A stretch of DNA of 64,000 nucleotides, from NCBI GenBank assembly GCA_963667035.1, contig OY762964.1, forward strand, positions 1,856,001-1,920,000, read 5' to 3'. The position numbers and the translations under genes were made by a program. Numbering within the stretch: the first letter of the stretch is position 1; each line of letters begins with the position of its first letter. The notes below the pieces were generated by a model, which saw nothing but the letters and a program-made list of their open reading frames with translations, did not search any database and was not told the origin of the DNA. Origin of the DNA: Candidatus Cloacimonadales bacterium (GTDB lineage: Bacteria > Cloacimonadota > Cloacimonadia > Cloacimonadales > JAFGVF01). Below, one piece after another: positions 30,269 to 40,664 of this stretch.

Positions 30269-30860
30269 AGTCAGTAAATATTGGGAAAGTATACTATTAA
30301 TCTCTTTAGATACATTTATGTTACTAGCTGTTATGGGTATTACATTGGGCGTAATATTTATTGTGATGAACTCAGAAATACCAAATAAAAAGCCTGATTA
30401 TGCTACTGACTGGGGTAAAATGGCAGAAGAAAGCATTGATGAAATAAGAACAATGAGTTATCTGAAGAATTTGGTGACTAAAGAAGAAATTCCAGGGGAA
30501 GAGAGACTGATTATCAAATATCATAAACTAAATAGCTTATTCAGCTCAAATACTTATGATAGTTTATGGGGAAAGTATTTTCCGCAAAACATTTACGAAA
30601 CAAAAATAGAGTGCTTTGTTGATAATAAAAAAAAATATGACAAAAAATATGGCTCGGGTATCCGAAAGGTCAGTATAAAAGTAGACTTTAAAACGAATAA
30701 TTATGATCAAGAAGTATGCACTATGATTGAGTACAATGGCTATGAAGAAAATAGTGTCTACAAACTGATCCCAGATGCAAATGATGTTTACATATATACT
30801 GGAAATCGCATAAAGAATAATATGCTTGAACTGCTATCTGAACTAAATAATGCAAAATAG
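30252..30860 (+). CDS. Single-TM MotB/ExbD-like partner protein
   Basis: N-terminal TM containing Asp (ISLDTFMLLAVMG); overlaps the MotA-like gene. Confidence 0.5.
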   Translation: MITKIKVSKYWESILLISLDTFMLLAVMGITLGVIFIVMNSEIPNKKPDYATDWGKMAEESIDEIRTMSYLKNLVTKEEIPGEERLIIKYHKLNSLFSSNTYDSLWGKYFPQNIYETKIECFVDNKKKYDKKYGSGIRKVSIKVDFKTNNYDQEVCTMIEYNGYEENSVYKLIPDANDVYIYTGNRIKNNMLELLSELNNAK

Positions 30861-31794
30861 TAAGTCACATATGTTACTTCAAAATCGTTTTTTTTTAGTA
30901 TTAATGCTAATAGTTGTCTTTGTGCATTCTTATTCTCTTGAAATTCGAGAGGATAATGATATGATAAAATATACTTTTGTATATAAAGTTGATGTAAAGT
31001 TTAATGAGTTTAACCAAAAGTTGGAAAAACCTCTACCCTCAAGATCACAAGATAATATAACGCTTGATGTTTTTATCCGAATCAATATCGTTGAGCTTAG
31101 GGGGAACTCTTTTGCTGAAACAAGCCAAATAGATTCGGTAACGTTAAAAGAACTATGTAAAGAAATGTTTATAACATTTAGTAAGGGGAATTCTAAAGGT
31201 TTACATACTCGAATGGAGATAGGTAAAGGTTCTGACAATAAGCAAGTAGGAACTTGGCTTCTGAATAATGATGTAATAAAAGCAAAATTACTGAAAGATC
31301 TCCTCAAGATTTTTTCTCTTCAGAATGACAGTTTATATACAAAACTGTATTCTTTTGATAAACCAAGGATAATAGAAAATAAAAACGAACAAAGCTTTTT
31401 AATCAATAAACCCCCAGAAATCAAAATACACTCTTCAGTCAATACAATAAGTGAACTGCACGAAATAGAATTAGATACTTTTATCTTCCAGAAGAGTACT
31501 ATTGATAAAAATGTTCCGATAGACATAGGTACATGCTACTCTTTCCACAAATCAGATACTATTAAAAATGAAGCTATAGCATTGAAAGATACCGTGAATT
31601 ATGATGCTATAGTGTTTGATGCTAAACCAGACTCGTTATCAAAACTTATATTTTTAAAAAGGAGCAAGGTTAAAGAGTTGCTAAAGGGCTATGTAGGTAA
31701 AAAAGATAGGAAAGTAGAAAAGGAAAATAGAAAGCATGCTATTATTTTATCAATTATCTCAGCTGTTGCTGTAATCCTGTCAGCAATTCGATAG
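30850..31794 (+). CDS. Hypothetical exported protein with C-terminal TM anchor
   Basis: N-terminal hydrophobic segment; C-terminal KHAIILSIISAVAVILSAIR. Confidence 0.6.
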   Translation: MQNSKSHMLLQNRFFLVLMLIVVFVHSYSLEIREDNDMIKYTFVYKVDVKFNEFNQKLEKPLPSRSQDNITLDVFIRINIVELRGNSFAETSQIDSVTLKELCKEMFITFSKGNSKGLHTRMEIGKGSDNKQVGTWLLNNDVIKAKLLKDLLKIFSLQNDSLYTKLYSFDKPRIIENKNEQSFLINKPPEIKIHSSVNTISELHEIELDTFIFQKSTIDKNVPIDIGTCYSFHKSDTIKNEAIALKDTVNYDAIVFDAKPDSLSKLIFLKRSKVKELLKGYVGKKDRKVEKENRKHAIILSIISAVAVILSAIR

Positions 31795-31824
31795 TAACAC
31801 ATCTCATAAGATAGAGATGTTACT
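31793..31824. terminator. Hairpin between convergent operons
   Basis: AGTAACACATCTC...GAGATGTTACT. Confidence 0.55.
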
Positions 31825-31878
31825 CACTAGAGAAGTACTCTTATAACTCTTATAAGCTTTTTAATAATTGAGCAAGAG

Positions 31879-33069
31879 CTAAAAGAATTCAACTGTAACA
31901 GTTTTAACAAACTTCGTACGAAGGATTTTAACCAGATTCTTAATAAGATTACGTCTGATATCAAGTTCTTGAGGTAGATTAGGATCTTGATGAGCTTCAT
32001 TAATTTTTGTGCCTGCCACTATTCTTATAACATCGCTTTCTAAAAGTAGATTAGCCATTTCATAGGCCGAGTTCTTTCCAAAATGCTCATTGTTATCATG
32101 CTCTTTTAGAATAGAATATACTTGTGAGAGCGTTATTGTTCCTTCCGTAATTAAGTCAAATCCCTCCATAGAAGCTTTAGGAGGTACTTTTGAGCCGGAC
32201 CAGAACTTGTTTAAATCCATTTCCACAGGTCGGTTTAGCTCTCTGGAAATGATGTTAGCACTAGTACCACCTGCAATAATCTTTCTTCCGATAAAAGTAT
32301 CGGCAATTTCTGCGTACCTACTGTCGCTTTCCTGATTAAATGGAGGTCCCGTAATCAAAAGTGTCTTTCTCGGTTCTCTATAATAAAATACAGAGCAGGT
32401 AATATCATCTTTGGCTTGATTGTTATCTCTTCGATGAGAGGCTTTCACTATCTCTCTTGCCAATCCTGCAGCAGAAATAAGTGGATTTTCAATACACAGA
32501 CTGGAGACAAACTGATGCAAATCAGCATTTTCCCATCCGAGTGGAGACACAGTCCTTCCAAGTCCACTTTGAGTTACTCCATCAGAGAAAAAGACAATTC
32601 GATCTAAATATTGAAGCTTAAATGAGGAGTAGTAAACCTTGTTTCTACGATTGTTCTTTAGACTGATTTCAATTGTCTCCTTCTCGGGAGTAATTATGCG
32701 ATTATTTCTAATTAGGAGATATGAGGGGTTATCATATTCAATAATTCTAACAAACCCGTCCGGCTCAAGATCAAAGATAGAAAAAGTAGAGTACCCTATT
32801 TTTCTTACAGAGCATACGGGAAGAGTAGACAGTATAACTTCAGCAGCTTTATGAATATCCATTCTATTCTCAATGAACTTTAAAGCCATAGAGGTAGTCA
32901 ATGTTGCCAATACATTTGCTTTAATACCACTACCTAAGCCATCAGCCAATACTGCCACAAGCCTGTTATCTATTGTTGATTTAGCAGAGACAAACTTATC
33001 ACCGGGAACCTTCTGACCTTCTTTGCTAATCTGAAAGAAACCGGTCTCAACAAAGTATTCTTTAATCAT
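31879..33069 (-). CDS. SpoIIE-like PP2C serine phosphatase (HfsC-type)
   Basis: VLADGLGSGIKA, YSTFS, FSDGVTQSG, DDITC, GGTSANI and TEG.ITL. Start at ATG 33069. Confidence 0.88.
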   Translation of the reverse strand: MIKEYFVETGFFQISKEGQKVPGDKFVSAKSTIDNRLVAVLADGLGSGIKANVLATLTTSMALKFIENRMDIHKAAEVILSTLPVCSVRKIGYSTFSIFDLEPDGFVRIIEYDNPSYLLIRNNRIITPEKETIEISLKNNRRNKVYYSSFKLQYLDRIVFFSDGVTQSGLGRTVSPLGWENADLHQFVSSLCIENPLISAAGLAREIVKASHRRDNNQAKDDITCSVFYYREPRKTLLITGPPFNQESDSRYAEIADTFIGRKIIAGGTSANIISRELNRPVEMDLNKFWSGSKVPPKASMEGFDLITEGTITLSQVYSILKEHDNNEHFGKNSAYEMANLLLESDVIRIVAGTKINEAHQDPNLPQELDIRRNLIKNLVKILRTKFVKTVTVEFF

Positions 33070-34765
33070 TTTTATCGTGCTCAAATGAATCAATTACAGA
33101 GTTTAGCAGAATCTCGGTCTCGGAAGCACTCTCTCCCAAAAGGAAAGCAATCTGTTGAACAGTTGTAAGATTAGTCATGATAACCTTCTTAGCTTTCTCG
33201 ATAATCTGTTCTCTATGCATGGAAGGATGAGTAATATCCTGGACTATACCACCAATAATCCTGTGCCCCTCTATCGGGAAGAGGATTAACTTAAGTATCT
33301 TCTTGTTGAAACTAAACTCGGTCTCCAGAAGTTCATTGGGGGAATTAAGAAATGCTTCAAAATAGGAGGAAAAGCTAATAATCCGCTTGAGGTAAGAATC
33401 CGAGAGACCGGGTTTAGCATCATATACGTAAGTTAAATCACCACCTATGATTTCGGCAAAGCGACGATTACATTCAATAACTTTAAGCTTATCATCGACA
33501 ATAATAACTCCTGAAGGCATAGCCTTCAACAGAGCATTTGCCTTATTCATAGCTACAGAACGCATATATGTAACACACATATAAGTCTGAGCATAGCCAT
33601 TCAAAACAGCTGCTGCAAATTCACGACATGTAGAATACCCACATCCTCCACAGTTAAGTTCATCTTTATGTGAACACTTACCTACCTGCCTAAGAACATT
33701 GTTCAACTCAGTTACACTATAATTATTCTCGACAACATCGTTAGTTCTATAATTGTTCCTGATAATCACTTCTCCAATGCTGTCTATCTCACTCACCGAA
33801 TCAATCACATTCTTTTGAACAGCGAGCTTTCTAAGTGAAACTGGAAGCTCTGATGGCATTGAAGGTCCATTAATACAACCACCGGGACAGGCCATAAGTT
33901 CTAGGAAAATCTTTGAGTTTGCATAATCATTTACCGAGTTAAGGATTCCATCTAGCTCCTTGATGTCGGTGAAACTTACAAAATCCGTATCATCATTAGT
34001 ATAAAACTCTCTAACAGTACTAATCATTCCTCCATCTAGAGGATATGCACCGGATTTTCCTGCCTTGAAAGGCTCAAATGAGAGTTCCTCCATTGTATCT
34101 ACAAGTTTAATACCTTTCTTAACAAACATTTCATTTAGTTCTTTAAAAGTAATTGAGATGTCTACATATTCCGGCATAACATCAGATTCATTCTTCTTTG
34201 CTACACAAGGATTAATGAATATTACTGCAGTATCTGCACCATAATGTTCTTTTAGGAATTTTGCATGTGATTGAGCAGGAGATAGCAGTTTGGACAGATA
34301 TTGCGAGAACTCCGGTTTATACTTTGAAATAAACTCATTTACAACAGGACATGCAGATGATATAAGAAGCTTACTATCATTGTTACTAAGTTCCATTGCA
34401 ACTTGTTTTGATACAATTGTAGCTCCTAAAGCTGTCTCGGATACCATACTGAAACCTAACTTCTTTAAAGCGAAAATGATAGTTGAATCGGAACAATCAT
34501 ATACACTTTTATAAGAAGGAGCAAGAGATGCTATTACTCTCTTCCCTGAGTTTAACAACAGTTCGGCTCCTGTAATATCATTTCTCACTCTCTTGGCTTC
34601 AACAGGACATATCTGGGTACATTTACCGCATAATATACACCTTTCAGAATCTACAACTGCACTTCCGTTTTCAACCTTTATAGCTTTAACAGGACAGTGT
34701 CTGATACATTTAAAGCAATCCCTACAACTTGTCTTGTGGGTATAGATAGGAGAAATTCTATTCAT
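33062..34765 (-). CDS. Sensory [FeFe]-hydrogenase-like protein (HydS/HfsB type) with Fe-S and PAS domains
   Basis: Two 4Fe-4S motifs; variant H-cluster motifs ISSACP, NPCVAKKNE and LMACPGGC; CGGCGYSTC; PAS region. Confidence 0.88.
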   Translation of the reverse strand: MNRISPIYTHKTSCRDCFKCIRHCPVKAIKVENGSAVVDSERCILCGKCTQICPVEAKRVRNDITGAELLLNSGKRVIASLAPSYKSVYDCSDSTIIFALKKLGFSMVSETALGATIVSKQVAMELSNNDSKLLISSACPVVNEFISKYKPEFSQYLSKLLSPAQSHAKFLKEHYGADTAVIFINPCVAKKNESDVMPEYVDISITFKELNEMFVKKGIKLVDTMEELSFEPFKAGKSGAYPLDGGMISTVREFYTNDDTDFVSFTDIKELDGILNSVNDYANSKIFLELMACPGGCINGPSMPSELPVSLRKLAVQKNVIDSVSEIDSIGEVIIRNNYRTNDVVENNYSVTELNNVLRQVGKCSHKDELNCGGCGYSTCREFAAAVLNGYAQTYMCVTYMRSVAMNKANALLKAMPSGVIIVDDKLKVIECNRRFAEIIGGDLTYVYDAKPGLSDSYLKRIISFSSYFEAFLNSPNELLETEFSFNKKILKLILFPIEGHRIIGGIVQDITHPSMHREQIIEKAKKVIMTNLTTVQQIAFLLGESASETEILLNSVIDSFEHDKND

Positions 34766-34784
34766 TGTATTGTCCTTTTCAGAG

Positions 34785-34818
34785 GATAGCAGGGAGAGAT
34801 ATACTCTCCCTTACTATC
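34785..34818 (-). other. Intra-operon stem-loop between adh and hydS-like gene
   Basis: GATAG..GGGAGAG-ATATA-CTCTCCC..CTATC; no U-tract on the transcribed strand. Confidence 0.5.
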
Positions 34819-34830
34819 TATGTGTATGTA

Positions 34831-35982
34831 CTAAAACGAGTTTTGATATATCTCAATAACTTCTTCAAGAGAAGCAGTTCTGGGATTTGTTAAGCAGCAA
34901 ACATCTGCCTGAGCATTCTTTGCCAGTTCTGGAAAATCAGACTCTTTAACTACTTCGAGTTCTGAGAGTCCTACCGGAATTCCGACAGCTTCGCTTAAAT
35001 TGCTAATTGCAATAACAGCTTCTTCTGCAGCTTCCATCGGAGCAAGTCCTTCAATATCTACACCAAGAGCAACTGCGATATCAGCAAACTTCTCAGCTTT
35101 AGCTAGAATATTGAATCTACTTACATGAGGAAGCAGAATAGCATTGCATACTCCATGAGGAAGATCATATAATCCACCAAGTTGATGTGCCATAGCATGA
35201 ACATAACCGAGTGAAGCATTATTGAAGGCCATACCGGCTAAAAATTCTGCATTAGCCATCATGTCTCTGGCTTCCATATCATTTCCATTAGCAACTGCTT
35301 TGGGTAAGTACTTTCCAATTAATTCTATAGCTTTGATAGCTGTAGAATCAGTTACAGGAGTTGCAATCGTTGAGACATAAGCTTCAACAGCGTGAGTAAG
35401 TGCATCCATTCCGGTTGCAGCTGTAAGATATTTTGGCATTGATACCATCATTTCAGGATCATTAATAGCTACATCAGGAATGATTCTCCAATCAACAATA
35501 GCCATTTTGATATGTCTGTCAGTGTCTGTAATGATTGTGAAGCGAGTCATTTCACTTGCTGTTCCGGCAGTTGTGTTAACTGCTATGAACGGAGGCATAT
35601 CATTTTCAGATTTATCAACTCCTTCATAATCTCTTATGTTTCCGCCATTACTAACAATAATACCGACGCCTTTAGCCGCATCCATAGGAGAACCGCCACC
35701 AACAGGTATAATTGAATCACATCCGTTAGCTTTGTATACCTCCACGGCATTGTGAACGTTGATATCAGTTGGATTTGGTTGAATATCATCAACAACAGCA
35801 TATTCAATACCTGATTTATCTAAGACATCTAAAACCAACTGAACAATTCCTGTTTGAACAAGAGGTTTATCAGTAACAATTAAAGGTTTCTTTGCTTTCA
35901 GTGTTTTAAGTTCATTGGGAATCTCTTTTACAGAACCGCTTCCCATCAGATTTCGCTTTGGCATAAAGAAATAACTAGTCAT
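34831..35982 (-). CDS. Iron-containing (group III) alcohol dehydrogenase, DhaT/Mdh-like
   Basis: GGGSPMDAAKG, NTTAGTASE, GMDALTHAVE, HAMAHQLGG and PHG motifs. Confidence 0.93.
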   Translation of the reverse strand: MTSYFFMPKRNLMGSGSVKEIPNELKTLKAKKPLIVTDKPLVQTGIVQLVLDVLDKSGIEYAVVDDIQPNPTDINVHNAVEVYKANGCDSIIPVGGGSPMDAAKGVGIIVSNGGNIRDYEGVDKSENDMPPFIAVNTTAGTASEMTRFTIITDTDRHIKMAIVDWRIIPDVAINDPEMMVSMPKYLTAATGMDALTHAVEAYVSTIATPVTDSTAIKAIELIGKYLPKAVANGNDMEARDMMANAEFLAGMAFNNASLGYVHAMAHQLGGLYDLPHGVCNAILLPHVSRFNILAKAEKFADIAVALGVDIEGLAPMEAAEEAVIAISNLSEAVGIPVGLSELEVVKESDFPELAKNAQADVCCLTNPRTASLEEVIEIYQNSF

Positions 35983-36235
35983 TTTTAACTCCTTGATTCT
36001 TTAATGTTGTGCTCAAAATATACTCAATTGATTCAGGCTGAACAACTTTAAATCTTTCATCATCAATAAAAATATTAGGTCCTTCGGAACAATTACCAGT
36101 GCAAAGAGTACCTGTTATTCTTACTTTGTGAGTTAAATTATTTTCGCTAATCCACTTTCTAATAATCTCTAAGTTCTCTTTGTTTTCTCTTGCATAGCAA
36201 GAAGAGCCCATACAGATTTTTATAGTGTGTTCCAT
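35975..36235 (-). CDS. Thioredoxin-like [2Fe-2S] ferredoxin (HfsA-type)
   Basis: ICMGSSC...LCTGNCSEGP. Confidence 0.85.
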   Translation of the reverse strand: MEHTIKICMGSSCYARENKENLEIIRKWISENNLTHKVRITGTLCTGNCSEGPNIFIDDERFKVVQPESIEYILSTTLKNQGVKND

Positions 36236-38251
36236 TTAGACCTCGGCTTTAATGATGTTTATCTCATCATTAAGTCTCGTTAACACCTGTTCTAATGTCG
36301 CATGAGTAATAATTTCTTCACCTACTCTAACTGTAGGTCCCCTATCACATTTCTCTTTGCAGAAAGTTGCCTTAACATCAACAAATCCTGCATTGTTCAT
36401 ATGCTCTACAGACTTGATAATGCCGGAGAGAATCTCTTGTGAGCCTTTAAGGAAACAACTGGTCCCTACGCATACTTTAACTTGAACTTTCTTCTTTTCA
36501 GAACCTTCAATCAGTGCTACGGGTTCTTCATTAATTCTACGCTTCGCATTGTAGTGAGTATGTAAAAGATGATGAGCTTCTTTACTTCCCGGTTCTCCAC
36601 CGAGATAGTTTCTGTAGCATTCCATAATAAACGGATTCTGTTGGGATTTATGCAATTGCATTCTTCTATCAACATTGTAAAGTGCATTTGTTCTATAACT
36701 TCTGGTTTCACGCTCGTGAGTAACAGGTTGACCCGCTCCTGCAATACATCCACCAGGACATGCCATTACTTCAATAATATGGTAGTCACATTCACCTTTC
36801 AGAACAGAATCACATACTCGAGAAGCATTCTTAATACCGTGTACAACTGCTATTTTAAGTGTAGTATCGTTAAGCTGTATTGAAGCCTCTTTTAATCCTT
36901 CACTTCTTCTTACTTCTTTGAATTCTACATCGGATAAGACATTGCCTGTAACTTTCTCATAAGCATATCTAAGTACAGCTTCCGAGACCCCACCAGAGTT
37001 TCCGAAGATTACTCCGGCTCCTGTTGAGAATCCGAAAGGTAAATCAACACTATCAGGGATAAGGTTTTCGAAAACAATACCTGCTTCCTTAATCATCTTA
37101 GCCAACTCTTGAGTAGTGAGAACATAATCAACTATTCTAACACCATTGCGAGTATGTTCAGGTCTTTTATTCTCATATTTCTTAGCTGTACAAGGCATTA
37201 TTGAGACCATAACGATTTCACTTTCGTTTCTGTTTTCTTCAATTGAGAGAGCATGCTTCACAATACTTCCTTGCATCTGTTGAGGAGACATACAGGTTGA
37301 AAGGTTACCTAATAAATCAGGATAAGACTGTTCCGCATATTTAACCCAACCCGGGCAGCAGGAAGTAAACAGAGGCATCTTTTCGTTGCGTTCCAGTCTA
37401 CCGATAAATTCATTAGCTTCTTCTATAACAGTTAAATCAGCACCGAAGGAAGTATCGTATACACGATCAAAACCAAGCAATCTCAAAGCTCTAAAGATTT
37501 TACCGGTAACATCTGTTGCATCCTTCACTCCAAATAGTTCTCCAAGCGCCACTCGAACCGCCGGAGCAATCTGTGCAACAACAAGTTTATCCTTGTTATC
37601 AAGTGCCTTCCATACCTGATGTATCTCACTCTTAGGAACAATTGCACCTGTTGGGCATACAGCTGCACATTGTCCGCAATTTATACACCCGACATCTGCC
37701 AGTGATTTATTAAATGCCGGAGCAACTATTACTTCATCTCCTCTTCCAACAAAATCAATTGCACCAATTCCTTGGATTTCCGTGCAATATCTCACACAAT
37801 CTCCGCAAAGAATACATTTGTTGGGATCGCGTACAAGAGAACATGATTTATCATCTATCGGCTGAGGGTTTTTGGTCGGAGCAAACTTTACATCGTCTAC
37901 TCCCATTCTATCCGCAAGTTCTCTTAACCTACAATCTTCTGATTTATAACAGGTCGTGCATTTGTTATCGTGGTTAGCAAGAAGCAACTTCACAATAGTC
38001 TTACGTGTTTCTCTAATCTCTTGTGTATTAGTACGAATAACCATACCGGCTTTAGGAACGGTTGAACAGCTGGTAACAAGTCCCATTCCTTCAATATCAA
38101 CCAAGCATAGTCTACATGCTCCGTAAACACTCAATTCTGAATGATAACAGAATGTCGGGATATCTATATTTGCTTTACGGCATAGATCTAATAAATTTCT
38201 CTCTCCCTCTATCGGGATGTTTATTCCATTAACTTTTACTGTATCTTTCAT
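36236..38251 (-). CDS. hydA: [FeFe]-hydrogenase catalytic subunit (group A3-like)
   Basis: FTSCCPGW, MPCTAKKYE and EVMACPGGC; N-terminal Fe-S domains; C-terminal CVGTSC..C...C domain. Start at ATG 38251. Confidence 0.95.
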   Translation of the reverse strand: MKDTVKVNGINIPIEGERNLLDLCRKANIDIPTFCYHSELSVYGACRLCLVDIEGMGLVTSCSTVPKAGMVIRTNTQEIRETRKTIVKLLLANHDNKCTTCYKSEDCRLRELADRMGVDDVKFAPTKNPQPIDDKSCSLVRDPNKCILCGDCVRYCTEIQGIGAIDFVGRGDEVIVAPAFNKSLADVGCINCGQCAAVCPTGAIVPKSEIHQVWKALDNKDKLVVAQIAPAVRVALGELFGVKDATDVTGKIFRALRLLGFDRVYDTSFGADLTVIEEANEFIGRLERNEKMPLFTSCCPGWVKYAEQSYPDLLGNLSTCMSPQQMQGSIVKHALSIEENRNESEIVMVSIMPCTAKKYENKRPEHTRNGVRIVDYVLTTQELAKMIKEAGIVFENLIPDSVDLPFGFSTGAGVIFGNSGGVSEAVLRYAYEKVTGNVLSDVEFKEVRRSEGLKEASIQLNDTTLKIAVVHGIKNASRVCDSVLKGECDYHIIEVMACPGGCIAGAGQPVTHERETRSYRTNALYNVDRRMQLHKSQQNPFIMECYRNYLGGEPGSKEAHHLLHTHYNAKRRINEEPVALIEGSEKKKVQVKVCVGTSCFLKGSQEILSGIIKSVEHMNNAGFVDVKATFCKEKCDRGPTVRVGEEIITHATLEQVLTRLNDEINIIKAEV

Positions 38252-38259
38252 GATTCCTC

Positions 38260-40146
38260 CTAGCTGATTGCTCCAAACTTGCACTTTTCAATACATGCAC
38301 CGCATTTGATACATACGTCAGGATCAATAACATGTGCTTCTCTAACGACTCCGCTGATTGCTCCTACGGGACATATCTTTGCACAGAGTGTACATCCCTT
38401 GCATTTCTCAGCATCTATCTCAATAGGACTAAGAGCTTTACATTGTCTTGTAGGGCATTTCTTATCTACAACATGTGCTAAATATTCATCTTTGAAGTAC
38501 TTCATAGTAGAGAGTACCGGTGATGGAGCTGATTTACCCAATCCGCAAAGAGAAGACTTTTGAATTGATTTACCTAAGCTCTCTAGTAACTCCAATGTTT
38601 CTAGTGTACCTTTCCCCTCAATTATATCATCTAGGAGATTAAGCATCTGGCGTGTTCCTTCGCGACAAGGAATGCATTTTCCACAGGATTCGTGAGTCGT
38701 AAATTTCATGAAGAACTTAGCAATTTGAACTATACATGTAGACTTGTTCATTACTACCAGTCCACCTGATCCGACCATTGCATCTATGGATTTTAAAGAA
38801 TCGAAATCCAATGGAATATCTAAGTGATCCGGTGTTAAGCAACCACCTGAAGGTCCACCAATTTGAACAGCTTTGAAATCATCATTATCTATTTCACCTT
38901 CGGAATTAATGACTCCTCCACCGATATCAAATATAATTTCTCTAACGGTTGTTCCGAATGGAACTTCAATAAGACCTGTATTAGCAACATGTCCGGTTAG
39001 AGCAAAAGTCTTTGTTCCGGGAGAATTCTCGGTTCCAACTTTTCTATAAGATTCGGCACCTTGCTCAATAATTCCTGCTATACCTGCTAATGTCTCAACA
39101 TTGTTAATTACGGTTGGTTTACCAAACAATCCTTTCTGGGCAGGATATGGCGGTTTTGGTCTAGGCATGCCGCGTTGACCCTCTATTGAAGCTATAAGAG
39201 CAGTCTCTTCTCCACAAACAAATGCTCCGGCTCCTTCCATTATGTTAAGTTTAAAAGAGAAACCACTTTCGAATACATTATCACCAAGAATTCCCAATTC
39301 TTCCGCCTCTTCGATTGCTCTCTCCATTCTATGAATTGCCAACGGATACTCGGCTCTCACATATATGTATCCTTCATCTGCACCAATTGCTTTTCCTGCA
39401 ATCATCATTCCTTCGATTACAGCATGTGGATTACCTTCAAGAATACTTCTATCCATGAATGCTCCGGGATCACCTTCGTCACCGTTACAAATCACATATT
39501 TCTTTTCTGAGTTTTCAGCAAGGGTATAACGCCATTTAGTACCGGTTGGGAAACCACCGCCACCTCTTCCGCGTAATCCTGAAGTCTCAATAATTCTACA
39601 GATATCAATAGCATCTAAATTGTGATAAACATCATGTGCAATGAAGTAACCCTTGTTTGCAATATATTCTCTAATATCTTCAGGGTCCATATTACCACAT
39701 GCAGCCAATACTGTTCTTTTTTGTTTTGCATAAAATGGTATCTCATTGTAACCTTTACAATGATCTTTGGTTGCAGGATTTACATAAAGAAGTCTATCGA
39801 TTATCTCACCATTCTTCAATGTTGTTTCAATAATCTCATCAACATCATCTACTTTTACGTGAGTATAAAGGAGTCCATCAGGTTGTATAGATAGTAGTGG
39901 TCCTACCTGACAGAAACCCTGACATCCACTCATGGATACGACTGCATGATCTTTGCAATCGTGGTAATCCATTTTAACTTCAGCTTTCATACCTTCTTCA
40001 TTCAATCTTTGAACAAGTCGATCAGCTACTTTTTGAGAGCCGTTAGCAATACATCCGGTTCCACCGCATATTATAATTCTACGTTCCAATTCGTTACGTC
40101 CATCACGATATTGCTTAAAAATTTTATTCAGAGTCTCTTTATTCAC
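38260..40146 (-). CDS. hydB: NADH/FMN-binding hydrogenase subunit (NuoF-like)
   Basis: GLRGRGGGGFP, CNGDEGDPGAFMDR, GAFVCGEE, GGPSGG, SCGKC.PCR; two C-terminal 4Fe-4S motifs. Confidence 0.93.
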   Translation of the reverse strand: MNKETLNKIFKQYRDGRNELERRIIICGGTGCIANGSQKVADRLVQRLNEEGMKAEVKMDYHDCKDHAVVSMSGCQGFCQVGPLLSIQPDGLLYTHVKVDDVDEIIETTLKNGEIIDRLLYVNPATKDHCKGYNEIPFYAKQKRTVLAACGNMDPEDIREYIANKGYFIAHDVYHNLDAIDICRIIETSGLRGRGGGGFPTGTKWRYTLAENSEKKYVICNGDEGDPGAFMDRSILEGNPHAVIEGMMIAGKAIGADEGYIYVRAEYPLAIHRMERAIEEAEELGILGDNVFESGFSFKLNIMEGAGAFVCGEETALIASIEGQRGMPRPKPPYPAQKGLFGKPTVINNVETLAGIAGIIEQGAESYRKVGTENSPGTKTFALTGHVANTGLIEVPFGTTVREIIFDIGGGVINSEGEIDNDDFKAVQIGGPSGGCLTPDHLDIPLDFDSLKSIDAMVGSGGLVVMNKSTCIVQIAKFFMKFTTHESCGKCIPCREGTRQMLNLLDDIIEGKGTLETLELLESLGKSIQKSSLCGLGKSAPSPVLSTMKYFKDEYLAHVVDKKCPTRQCKALSPIEIDAEKCKGCTLCAKICPVGAISGVVREAHVIDPDVCIKCGACIEKCKFGAIS

Positions 40147-40642
40147 CTTGTACCTCCTGTTTTCTGATATCAGAGATTAACTGTAAGGCTTTTTCTTCTG
40201 ATACCAATCCATGCACATCTTCATTAATAAGAACAACAGGAGCTAAACCGCATGCTCCAAGACATGAAACAGTTTCCAAAGTAAACAACATATCATTCGT
40301 TGTTTTATTCTTCTCGGATAAGTTCAGTGTTTCTCTGATAGCTTTTATCAGTTTTCCCGAACCCTTCACATGGCAGGCTGTTCCGTCACAGATCTTTATC
40401 ACATATTTACCCTTAGGTTCTAGTGAGAAATGTGAATAGAAAGTCGCAACTCCATAAACTCTTGCCGGTGGTACACCGAGACATGTTGCAACATAGGTAA
40501 TAACTTCTTGTGGAAGGTAGCGATACTCATCCTGTACTTTTTGCAGGATTGTAATCATTCTGCTAGAATCAAAGTTATAAGCTTCAAGTATGGCATTAAC
40601 TTTTTCAAATTTAGCAGCATTAAGCATTACTCCATTTTCCAT
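40139..40642 (-). CDS. hydC: [2Fe-2S] hydrogenase subunit (NuoE-like)
   Basis: GVATFYSHF, CDGTAC and CLGACGLAP. Confidence 0.92.
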   Translation of the reverse strand: MENGVMLNAAKFEKVNAILEAYNFDSSRMITILQKVQDEYRYLPQEVITYVATCLGVPPARVYGVATFYSHFSLEPKGKYVIKICDGTACHVKGSGKLIKAIRETLNLSEKNKTTNDMLFTLETVSCLGACGLAPVVLINEDVHGLVSEEKALQLISDIRKQEVQGE

Positions 40643-40664
40643 TTAGGACTCCTCATTTATTTTA

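Noticed and set aside
28115..31794. Canonical Zorya or TonB-ExbBD/Tol-Pal call
   Set aside because: No ZorC/D/E helicase or nuclease, no evident OmpA domain in the B-like gene, and no Pro-rich TonB/TolA or TonB-dependent receptor.
38260..40642. Respiratory complex I (nuoEF)
   Set aside because: The neighbouring subunit has H-cluster motifs and no membrane nuo genes are present; these are hydrogenase subunits.
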